DNA of 64,000 nt from contig OZ024741.1 in NCBI GenBank assembly GCA_964016885.1, positions 372,682,001 through 372,746,000 of the forward strand, in the 5' to 3' direction. The translations under genes and the position numbers were made by a program. The notes under the pieces are model-generated. The model searched no databases. It was not told the DNA's origin and saw only the letters and a list, made by a program, of their open reading frames with translations. Source of the stretch: Eledone cirrhosa. Taxonomy: Eukaryota. Positions 39,564-51,550 of the stretch are shown here, in pieces (positions within the stretch are counted from its first letter, which is position 1; each line of letters begins with the position of its first letter).

Positions 39564-39606
39564 GTAATCTACGCGTTTCATTCTTGTTAGAAATCATCAG
39601 GACCAC
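39564..39606 (-). ncRNA. Minimal type I hammerhead ribozyme, copy 1
   Basis: GTGGTC-CTGATGA-T-TTCT-AACA-AGAA-T-GAAAC-GC-GTA-GATTAC on -. Confidence 0.88.
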
Positions 39607-39873
39607 ATATCCAGTGCTTTCATCGAGAATGACACAGCTAGAGACTTATAGAATACTTAGCTGTGTACAGGAACTGGTTTGAAAGAGCGGTTGCCGGTCC
39701 GGCAGAAATTAGAAATTGGAATAAATGCTCTGAAATAGCGATATATATGTGAATATAGACATAGAATATTCGAAAATATTCTGTATGTTTATAATAAACA
39801 TTTTGAAGACCCAATCGCTATAGAATAGAATACGTCACGTATTACAATTAGATTCTCGACAAAAGCAAGGGAA

Positions 39874-39916
39874 GTAATCTACGCGTTTCATTCTTGTTAG
39901 AAATCATCAGGACCAC
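39874..39916 (-). ncRNA. Hammerhead ribozyme, copy 2
   Basis: Identical motif, +310. Confidence 0.88.
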
Positions 39917-40183
39917 ATATCCAGTGCTTTCATCGAGAATGACACTGCTAGAGACTTATAGAATACTTAGCTGTGTACAGGAACTGGTTTGAAAGAGCGG
40001 TTGCCGGTCCGGCAGAAATTAGAAATTGGAATAAATGCTCTGAAATAGCGATATATATGTGAATATAGACATAGAATATTCGAAAATATTCTGTATGTTT
40101 ATAATAAACATTTTGAAGACCCAATCGCTATAGAATAGAATACGTCACGTATTACAATTAGATTCTCGACAAAAGCAAGGGAA

Positions 40184-40226
40184 GTAATCTACGCGTTTCA
40201 TTCTTGTTAGAAATCATCAGGACCAC
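40184..40226 (-). ncRNA. Hammerhead ribozyme, copy 3
   Basis: Identical motif, +620. Confidence 0.88.
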
Positions 40227-40493
40227 ATATCCAGTGCTTTCATCGAGAATGACACAGCTAGAGACTTATAGAATACTTAGCTGTGTACAGGAACTGGTTT
40301 GAAAGAGCGGTTGCCGGTCCGGCAGAAATTAGAAATTGGAATAAATGCTCTGAAATAGCGATATATATGTGAATATAGACATAGAATATTCGAAAATATT
40401 CTGTATGTTTATAATAAACATTTTGAAGACCCAATCGCTATAGAATAGAATACGTCACGTATTACAATTAGATTCTCGACAAAAGCAAGGGAA

Positions 40494-40536
40494 GTAATCT
40501 ACGCGTTTCATTCTTGTTAGAAATCATCAGGACCAC
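40494..40536 (-). ncRNA. Hammerhead ribozyme, copy 4
   Basis: Identical motif, +930. Confidence 0.88.
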
Positions 40537-40803
40537 ATATCCAGTGCTTTCATCGAGAATGACACAGCTAGAGACTTATAGAATACTTAGCTGTGTACAG
40601 GAACTGGTTTGAAAGAGCGGTTGCCGGTCCGGCAGAAATTAGAAATTGGAATAAATGCTCTGAAATAGCGATATATATGTGAATATAGACATAGAATATT
40701 CGAAAATATTCTGTATGTTTATAATAAACATTTTGAAGACCCAATCGCTATAGAATAGAATACGTCACGTATTACAATTAGATTCTCGACAAAAGCAAGG
40801 GAA

Positions 40804-40846
40804 GTAATCTACGCGTTTCATTCTTGTTAGAAATCATCAGGACCAC
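40804..40846 (-). ncRNA. Hammerhead ribozyme, copy 5
   Basis: Identical motif, +1240. Confidence 0.88.
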
Positions 40847-40909
40847 ATATCCAGTGCTTTCATCGAGAATGACACTAGCTGTGTCATTCTCGATGAAAGC
40901 ACTGGATAT

Positions 40910-40952
40910 GTGGTCCTGATGATTTCTAACAAGAATGAAACGCGTAGATTAC
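40910..40952 (+). ncRNA. Hammerhead ribozyme, copy 6 (inverted arm)
   Basis: GTGGTC CTGATGA TTTCTAACAAGAAT GAAAC GC GTA GATTAC; predicted cleavage after A40946. Confidence 0.88.
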
Positions 40953-41219
40953 TTCCCTTGCTTTTGTCGAGAATCTAATTGTAATACGTGACGTATTCTA
41001 TTCTATAGCGATTGGGTCTTCAAAATGTTTATTATAAACATACAGAATATTTTCGAATATTCTATGTCTATATTCACATATATATCGCTATTTCAGAGCA
41101 TTTATTCCAATTTCTAATTTCTGCCGGACCGGCAACCGCTCTTTCAAACCAGTTCCTGTACACAGCTAAGTATTCTATAAGTCTCTAGCTGTGTCATTCT
41201 CGATGAAAGCACTGGATAT

Positions 41220-41262
41220 GTGGTCCTGATGATTTCTAACAAGAATGAAACGCGTAGATTAC
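41220..41262 (+). ncRNA. Hammerhead ribozyme, copy 7 (inverted arm)
   Basis: Identical motif; predicted cleavage after A41256, 310 nt from the previous site. Confidence 0.88.
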
Positions 41263-41491
41263 TTCCCTTGCTTTTGTCGAGAATCTAATTGTAATACGTG
41301 ACGTATTCTATTCTATAGCGATTGGGTCTTCAAAATGTTTATTATAAACATACAGAATATTTTCGAATATTCTATGTCTATATTCACATATATATCGCTA
41401 TTTCAGAGCATTTATTCCAATTTCTTATATATATATATGTATATATACAATGATATTAAATAAATGGAAAGTATATTTATAAAACCATATT

Positions 41492-41552
41492 TATTCTATT
41501 ATATATATTTCAAGGGTACCAAAACTTTGGTACGCTTTCATCAGATAAAATA
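41492..41552 (-). ncRNA. Hammerhead ribozyme (second family) in pLTR-like fragment 41448-41620
   Basis: TATTTTAT-CTGATGA-AAG-C-GTACCAAA-GT-TTTGGTAC-C-CTT-GAAA-TATATA-TA-ATAGAATA; intact core and all three stems. Confidence 0.8.
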
Positions 41553-41618
41553 CAAAGTTTGTTTTATAAATATTGACATATCCAGGAAGAAGATCTTAAC
41601 AGTTCAAGTTTTTCCTGG

Positions 41619-41684
<66 letters not shown>

Positions 41685-41689
41685 GTATG

Positions 41690-41788
<99 letters not shown>

Positions 41789-41856
41789 GTATACATATAT
41801 ATATATGTATTAATAATAAATGTGAAGACTAAAATACAAAGATGTATATATTTATT

Positions 41857-41939
<83 letters not shown>

Positions 41940-42007
41940 GTATACATATATATATATGTATTAATAATAAATGTGAAGACTAAAATACAAAGATGTATAT
42001 ATTTATT

Positions 42008-42107
<100 letters not shown>

Positions 42108-42634
42108 TATATATATGTATATATTTATGTATATATATATATATATATATACATATACATAGAGATGACCCCTTAGCCTTTGTCAAGGCAGAATTCTAGG
42201 AGAAGGAAAACTCTGATATAACACCTGCAACTCTGATGGTATCCAATGATGTTGACTTGTTCTTCTTTTTGGTAAATATCATCTCGGTTAAGAGAGTGGG
42301 ACTGGCTTTGTGCAGTGCCTTTGCTCACTATAAAAGCTTCACGGCACAGGCATTGCTTTGTATCTGGAGATCTCTCTGCACTTGTCGTCACATGGTACCA
42401 TGGGCCCAGCACTATGTGTCAATAATTGTCACAAGTATAGTGTTTGTACCAGAGTTTTCAAGTCGCCGGCTGGACTAAAAAGTCACACTCATTCAGCGCA
42501 TCGGTAGGGGTTCTCCGACATGGAGATAAAGTAGTGGCCGTACTCGAAAATGAGCTGGCAGCCACCATATATATATATATATATATATATAAGTATACAT
42601 ATATATATGTATATATTTATGTATATATATATAA

Positions 42635-42733
<99 letters not shown>

Positions 42734-42830
42734 CATATATGTATATATATATACATATATGTATATATATATACATATATGTATATATATACATATATGT
42801 ATATATATATATATACATATATGTATATAT

Positions 42831-42983
<153 letters not shown>

Positions 42984-42984
42984 C

Positions 42985-43056
<72 letters not shown>

Positions 43057-43200
43057 TTATATATATATACATATACATATATATATACACATATACATAT
43101 ATACATATATATACATATATACATATATATACATACATATATATATATATATACATATATACATATATATACATATATATATATATACATATATATATAC

Positions 43201-46200
43201 ATCATCATCATCATCATCATCATCATCATTTTACGTCCGCTTTTCCCTGCTTGCAAGGGTGGGATGTGTCTTATTCAGCACAGCATCTCTCCACTCGTCA
43301 CGGTCCCTCGTCATCTCCACTGTGAGCTTCAATGATCTGAGGTCTGTTCTCACCATCTCCGCCCATGTTTTTCGTGGTCTACCTCTACCATGTCTCCCTT
43401 CAACTGGCAATTCCTGGCACTTCTTCACCCATCGGTCATCCTCCATGCGCATCACATGTTCATACCACCTCAGTCTCCTCTCCTGTACACTACATTCTAT
43501 CCCTCTCAGACACAGTTTCTCTCTCAACACTTTTATGCTGGGTCGTTCACGCACATTTACACTGCACATCCAACGGAGCATGCTTGCCTCATTTCTCTCC
43601 AGCCGTCGCATATCCTCTGCAGTTGCTGCCCATGTCTCACTACCATACAGCATCGCGCTCCTCACACAGGCATCATACAACCGGCCTTTCGTACGCAGGG
43701 AGAAACCCTTCTTTGTCAACAGAGGAAGCAGCTCCCTAAACTTCTTCCAACCCGTCCTTATTCTAGATACTATGGCCTCGGAACAAGCTCCTCCCATGCT
43801 AATCTGATCTTCTAGGTACCGGAAGCTATCCACCACCTCTATAGCGCCCTCTTGCATTTGAAAAATGTGTCTATCAGTGCAACTTCTACTGTCTAATTTC
43901 CCTGTACATCTACTGCATACATATTTCTCCCTACCTGTTAGTTTGCCTGCTATCCCGCTACATCTTTTTGTGTACCCAGGATCTGCATTGTGTGCATTTT
44001 ATAGAATTTATGCCAGTTCCTTTTCTGCATATCGAACATGGCCATTTCCCTGACAGAATCAGGGTTTTGTCCTCTTTTCTACTCATCAACACTTTTGTCT
44101 TAGCTAGATTCACTCTCAGTCCTCTTGCTTCCAACTGCTGCTTCCATAGCCAGAATTTATTCTCTAGCTCCTCTACTGATTCTGCTATAAGAACCAGATC
44201 GTCAGCATAGAGAAGTTCCCATGGACAGCCAGTCTTAAACTCCTCTGTTATGGCTTGGAGGACTATAATGAATTCTTCACTAAACTCCATTCCTACCCTG
44301 ACTTTACTGAGAGTACCTCTGTACAAAGTTTGCACTGTCCTCACAAGCCATTCCTCAACACCTAGCTTCCTTAGGGACCACCAGATGACAGATCGGGGTA
44401 CCCTATCAAAGGCCTTCTCTAGGTCAACAAAGGCTAAGTATAGTGGCTTATTCTTCTCTAAGAACCTCTCTTGCAATTGTCTCACCAAGAAGAGAGCATC
44501 TGTTGTACTCTTCCCAGGCACAAAACCAAACTGCATCTCATCTAGTTTGACCCTTTCTCTAATTAGTTGTGCTAAAATCCTTTCTGCCTCTTTCATAACC
44601 TGATCTATCAGTTTTATACCCCTATAATTGCTCCTCTCCAAAGCATCCCCTTTACCTTTGTAGCAATTTATGAGAATACTGCTGCACCAGTCTTTGGGTA
44701 TGACACCACCATATATAGCCTGATTGATGATGCGTGCAACCAGTTTAGTGCCTACGTCCCCTGATGCCTTCAGCATCTCAGCAACTATTCCCGATGGTCT
44801 GGCAGCCTTACTATTTTTCATTTCCCTAATCGCCTCTTGGACCCTATATTCGTCAATCTCAATAGCTGGTCCCTCTGTCGGATCCACCAAGGGTAATTTC
44901 TCTCTCTCCCATTCGTTCTCCACATTCATCAGTCTCTCATAATGACATTTCCAGGCCTCCTTTTTCTGATCATTCATGACACTAAGTACACTGGCATCAT
45001 CCCGGACACATTTATCTCCAACAACATCCTGATTTGCATTGACACACTGTCTTGCAATGTGGAACACCGCACACCTCTGATCTTCCCGTCGCAGAACATT
45101 GGCAAACCTCCTACTCTCTGCCTCCCTGCGTGCTAAGTACACCTGACGTCTAGCTTCTCTCTTAGTGGCTGTATATTCTTCCCTACTCCCACCCTTTTTC
45201 CAAGCCTTCCATGCTAGTCTTTTGTCTCTAATAGCCTTATCTACTGTGCTGTTCCACCACCAGGTCACTCTCTGTCTGGTTGGAGCTCTGCTCCAGCCAC
45301 AGGTTTCATCAGTAGCCTGCAGCAAGTTGTCACGTAAGAAATTCCAGTTATTATCTATGTCATACGTCTCTAAATCGTCTTCTTTTTCGTCATATACATC
45401 TTGAAGGGCTTTCCTAAATTTGTATTTTAGTGAAAGGTCTTTTAGCTTCCAGACCTTTCTTCTCCACACCTTCCTATATGTCTCATTCCATCTCTTGCTT
45501 ACTGAGATATCACTAACAACTAACCTATGCTGTGGGGTACATTCTTCCCCAGGGTATGCCTTGGTATTAGACACTATCTGCCTGTCCCGCTGCCTAACTA
45601 GCAGGAAGTCAATCTGGCTTATGTGCTCACCAGATTTGTAGGTTATTAGGTGATTGGCAGGTTTCTGGAAGTTTGTGTTGCAAATAGTCAATGTACCCGC
45701 ATCACAAAATTCAAGAAGTCTCACTCCTTCTTCATTTCTTGAACCGTAACCGTGCCCACCATGTACCCCAGTGTAACCATCCTGGAGCTGTCCAACATGA
45801 CCATTGAAGTCTCCTGCTAGCATAACAATGTCTCCGTCCCCTGTCATTGCGGTTGTTTGCAAAAGTTGCTCATAAAAGCAGTCTTTCTCATCTTTGCCTA
45901 GGCCTGCTTGGGGAGCATAGGCCGAGATGATTGTCAGTAGTCTCCTGCCTACAACTAATCTAAGCTTAATTATTCGATTACTAACTCGAACTACCTCTAT
46001 TGTCTTATTGATCCATTTCTCAGCCAGGAAAATGCCTACTCCCCCTAGCCCATCATCCTTACCTACCCAGAATAGCTTATAGCTAAGACACTTGCCTACG
46101 ACTAGTCTCGCAGAGGCACCTCGCCATCTCACCTCTTGCACGCAGCACACATCCACCTGCCTTCTCTCCAGCATCTCCGCTATTTCAGCAGATCTACCTC

Positions 46201-46400
46201 TGAGAGTGCCAACATTAAGTGTTGCAACTCTGAGATGCGACGTCTTCATATTTTTGTTGTTCCTATTTGTTGCTGTGCTGATAAGCGTTTTGGCATTGAT
46301 ACACTGGTTGGATGCCCTTCCTAACACCAGCGCCACTTTACAGCATGGACTGGGTGCTTTTATTTGTGCCACCAGCACTAGAGAGGATGTCTTACTAGAC
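43201..46400 (-). mobile_element. RTE family A, near full length, inactivated
   Basis: APE endonuclease (ATLNVGTL, CVQEVRW, SAYAPQ, AGDFNGHVG, QIDF, QHRLV), RT (DLEKAFD, YADD) and C4HC3 finger. Lacks 17 codons including the QG motif and has a frameshift at ~43965. (CAT)n tail. Confidence 0.95.
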
Positions 46401-47081
46401 TCAAGGGCCCTCTCTACCCCTCCATTTTACAGCATGGTCATAAAAAAAAAAAAAAAAAAAAAAACTTATTGACACAACACGCACACAAACACTCACACAC
46501 CAACACTCATGCATACAAACCACAACCACACACACGCCACTTACATACCAACACTCATTCATTCATACAATCACACACACCACTCACAAACACACATATA
46601 TATACATATATTACTGACAGTACTGATACAAATACAAAATCAAAATCAAAATCAAAATCATCAAAATCAAAATCAATATTATGTCAACTGTTGACCTTTC
46701 CCAGTCCAGTTCAGCTTGTATATGATAATAATAATAATTGTTTGCTTTACGCTGGTAATGGCGTTGGTAGTGGTGAATGGTGGTGGATGGTGTCAGTGTG
46801 GTGGTGATGGATGGTATCAGCGTGGTGGTGGTGGATGGTCAGTGATGGTGGTGGCAGTTGTTGGTGCTGTAGTTATTGTAGTTGTTGTCGTTTTTGCTGT
46901 TGTTGTTGTTCTTCATTTCACTGCTGCTGTTGCTGCAGACAATGGTGTTGATGCTGTTATTGCTGTCGCATATATACAAACACATACATACACACACATT
47001 CAACACAGACAATGGTGTTGTTGCAGTTGTTGTTGTTGGTGTTGCTGCTGTTGTTGGTGTTGCTGGTATATATATATATAC

Positions 47082-47118
<37 letters not shown>

Positions 47119-47147
47119 CATACATATATATATATATATATACATAT

Positions 47148-47477
47148 ATCATCATCATCATCATCATCAACGTTTAACGTCCGTGTTCCACGCTTGCATG
47201 GGTTTGGACGGGGGTAGTCCCACTTGAGGCAAGAGTGATTGTCTTGCTCGCATAGGACTGTCTGGCAGGTTTTCTACAGTTGGATGCCCTTCCTAACACC
47301 AACCACATTTACAGTGTGGGTCTGGCAGGTTTTTATATATATATATATATATATACATACATATAGATATAGATACATATAAGACAATCACTCTTGCCTC
47401 AAGTGGGAATACCCCCGTCCAAACCCATGCAAGCGTGGAACACGGACGTTAAACGTTGATGATGATGATGATGATGA
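47148..47477. mobile_element. Two RTE-B tail fragments in inverted orientation (47148-47334 -, 47381-47477 +)
   Basis: Both match the family B 3' UTR, with (CAT)n/(GAT)n tails pointing outward. Confidence 0.8.
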
Positions 47478-47510
47478 TATATATCTATATATATATATAC
47501 ATACATATAT

Positions 47511-48703
47511 ATCATCATCATCATCATCATCATTTTACGTCCGCTCTTCCCTGCTTGCAAGGGTGGGACGGGTCTTATTCAGCACAGCATCTCTCCACTT
47601 GTCACGTTCCCTCGTCATCTCCACCGTGAGCTTCAATGATCTGAGGTCTGTTCTCACCATCTCCGCCCATGTTTTTCGTGGTCTACCTCTACCACGTCTT
47701 CCTTCAACTGGCAATTCCTGGCACTTTTTCACCTATCGGTCATCCTCCATGCGCATCACATGTCCATACTACCTCAGTCTCCTCTCCCGTACACTACATT
47801 CTATCCCTCTCAGACACAGTTTCTCTCTCAACACATTTATGCTGGGTCGTTCACGCACATTTACACTGCACATCCAACGGAGCATGCTTGCCTCATTTCT
47901 CTCCAGCCGTCGCATATCCTCTGCAGTTGCTGCCCATGTCTCACTACCATGCAGCATCGCGCTCCTCACACAGGCATCATACAACCGGCCTTCCGTACGC
48001 AGGGAGAAACCCTTCTTTGTCAACAGAGGAAGCAGCTCCCTAAACTTCTTCCAACCCGTCCTTATTCTAGATACTATGGCCTCGGAACACCCTCCTCCCA
48101 TGCTAATCTGATCTCCTAGGTACCGGAAGCTATCCACCACTTCTATTGCGCCCTCTTGCATTTGAAAAATGTGTCTATCAGTGCAACTTCTACTGTCTAA
48201 TTTCCCTGTACATCTACTGCATACATATTTCTCCCTACCTGTTAGTTTGCCTGCTATCCCGCTACATCTCTTGTGTACCCAGGATCTGCATTGTGTGCAT
48301 TTTATAGAATTTATGCCAGTTCCTTTTCTGCATATCGAACATGGCCATTTCCCTGACGGAATCAGGGTTTTGTCCTCTTTTCTACTCATCAACACTTTTG
48401 TCTTAGCTAGATTCACTCTCAGTCCTCTTGCTTCCAACTGCTGTTTCCATAGCCAGAATTTATTCTCTAGCTCCTCTACTGATTCTGCTATAAGAACCAG
48501 ATCGTCAGCGTAGAGAAGTTCCCATGGACAGCCAGTCTTAAACTCCTCTGTTATGGCTTGGAGGACTATAATGAACAAGAGCGGGCTGAGGACCGAACCC
48601 TGATGTACTCCTACTTGTATCTGGAATTCCTCACTAAACTCCATTCCTACCCTGACTTTACTGAGAGTACCTCTGTACAAAGTTTGCACTGTCCTCACAA
48701 GCC
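47511..48703 (-). mobile_element. RTE family A, 5'-truncated
   Basis: ORFs 47769-48713 and 47535-47732; intact VHQGSVLSPLLF and YADD; one internal stop. Confidence 0.93.
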
Positions 48704-48729
48704 ATACATACATATATATATATATATAT

Positions 48730-48760
<31 letters not shown>

Positions 48761-48762
48761 CA

Positions 48763-49817
48763 TCTATCTATCTATCTAAGGCGGGTAAAATTCCCGAGAT
48801 CCATGGACGGGTTCTCTCCAGCGGTCTCTGTCCCTCATTATCGCTGCCATATCCTGCATCTCCAACAGACAGTGTCTGTCCTTAGGGCATCAACATATGC
48901 TAACCTTGGTCTTCCTCTTCTAGTGTGTCCATGTAGGGGCTCCCAAAGGAGCACTGAGTGCAATGTCAACTCTGGATGTCGGTGAGCATGTCCAGCCAAC
49001 CTCAGTCTCCTCTGTGTCACTTTTGAGCTGACTTTTGGGATGCTCCCATACAGCTCTGAGTTTTTCATCCTCAGTGTATACTGATTAATGTTCAGAGCCA
49101 TCCTCAGCATTCTCGTGTAGCACCCATCCACCATTTGAGTGAGTCTCTTGGTCAGTGTCCAAGTCTCAGACCCACACAGCAGCACAGACTCCACTACAGC
49201 AATGAAGAGGCAGATTTTCAGGTCTCTACGAAGGTCCGACTTCCACACCGATCTCAAGCTGTGACACGCCGCCCAGGCCTTGCTCTTCCTCTCAACCACT
49301 TCATCTTCCGTATTCCCAATCTTTGCTCCCAAATACAGGAAGTCCTCAACCAATTCCAGCGGCTTCCCGCCCACATTAGTGATCCCCTATGGCTTCTCAA
49401 CATTCTCTACCAGATATTTTGTTTTAGTCTCATTCATTCTCAGCCCCACACTCATCGACACAGTCTCAACCTCCCGCATCAAATCCTCTGCCTCCTTCAC
49501 TGTATTTGTCACCAAAACTATGTCGTCGGCAAATTCAGCATCCGATACCTTTTTCGCCCCAACTCTCCTGCTCTGAGCTGGTGCTACAGTAAAGCCAGAG
49601 TCCTGGTGTTTCTCCAGTGCAAGGCGCATACAATAGTCCACTACGATGATAAAAAGGTAGGGAGCCAAGGTATCTCCCTGGAGCACTCCAGCCAGTATCT
49701 CAAAGAACTCTGTCATCCCATCAGGTGTAATGACTTGGGCTTTGGTGTTGGTGTAGAGCAGTGATATCAGGTCCACTCTCTTCTTGGGGATTCCATAAGC
49801 CTGTAAGAACTTCATCA
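48763..49817 (-). mobile_element. RTE-clade LINE family C with (TAGA)n tail
   Basis: [51 protein letters not shown]. No zinc-finger insert; (TCTA)n at left end. Confidence 0.88.
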
Positions 49818-49935
49818 GTATATATATATATATATATACATATATATACATATATGTATATACATATATATATATACATATATATACATATATATATATA
49901 CATATATATACATACATATATATATATACATATAT

Positions 49936-50060
<125 letters not shown>

Positions 50061-50229
50061 CATACATATATATATATATATATATACATACATATATATA
50101 TATATATACATACATATATATATATATACATACATATATATATATATACATACATATATATATATATACATACATATATATATATATACATACATATATA
50201 TATATATACATACATACATATATATATAT

Positions 50230-51040
<811 letters not shown>

Positions 51041-51550
51041 CTATATATATATATATATATATATTTAAATATTATTACTTTTATGATCTTAATAACCTCT
51101 GTCATTTTCGTTCAACAAATTTATTTACATTATTCTTAATTCTGAAGCTGAGAATCCTTCGGCTTCTTAAATAGAATATTATTCTACGACTCCATTTATA
51201 CCATAAACGTGGTTTTGTCTTTGCGTGTAATTGTTCTCATCGCTCCACATAACGACGCTTTTTTCTGTTCATAGCCAGGAAACGTCTTCACAAACCAAAG
51301 TATCATCTTCCTGTTTTCCTTTGGTTGCAACGTTTTTCAAAATATTTACTTCTGCATTCACAGATTGATTTCCTTTTAGTTACAGAAAATCCCGTTACGA
51401 GTCAAAGCAGTGATTCTTTGTTTAAACTTTAATCTGTTATTTTAATAAATATATATATATATGTATATATGTATGTATATATATCATCATCATCATCATG
51501 ATATATATGTATGTATATATGTATGTATATATATATGTATATATATATAT

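Larger units (their letters stand above)
39441..41425. mobile_element. 310-bp hammerhead-ribozyme tandem array (non-LTR retrozyme-like) with fold-back inversion
   Basis: Units start at 39441, 39751, 40061, 40371 and 40681 (4.6 copies), then 1.8 inverted copies 40876-41425. Units nearly identical, non-coding, one hammerhead each, (TA)n flanks. Confidence 0.9.

Noticed and set aside
46716-47177. Hydrophobic Val/Ala-rich ORF
   Set aside because: Built from (GGT)n/(GTT)n low-complexity repeats with no splice or homology support.
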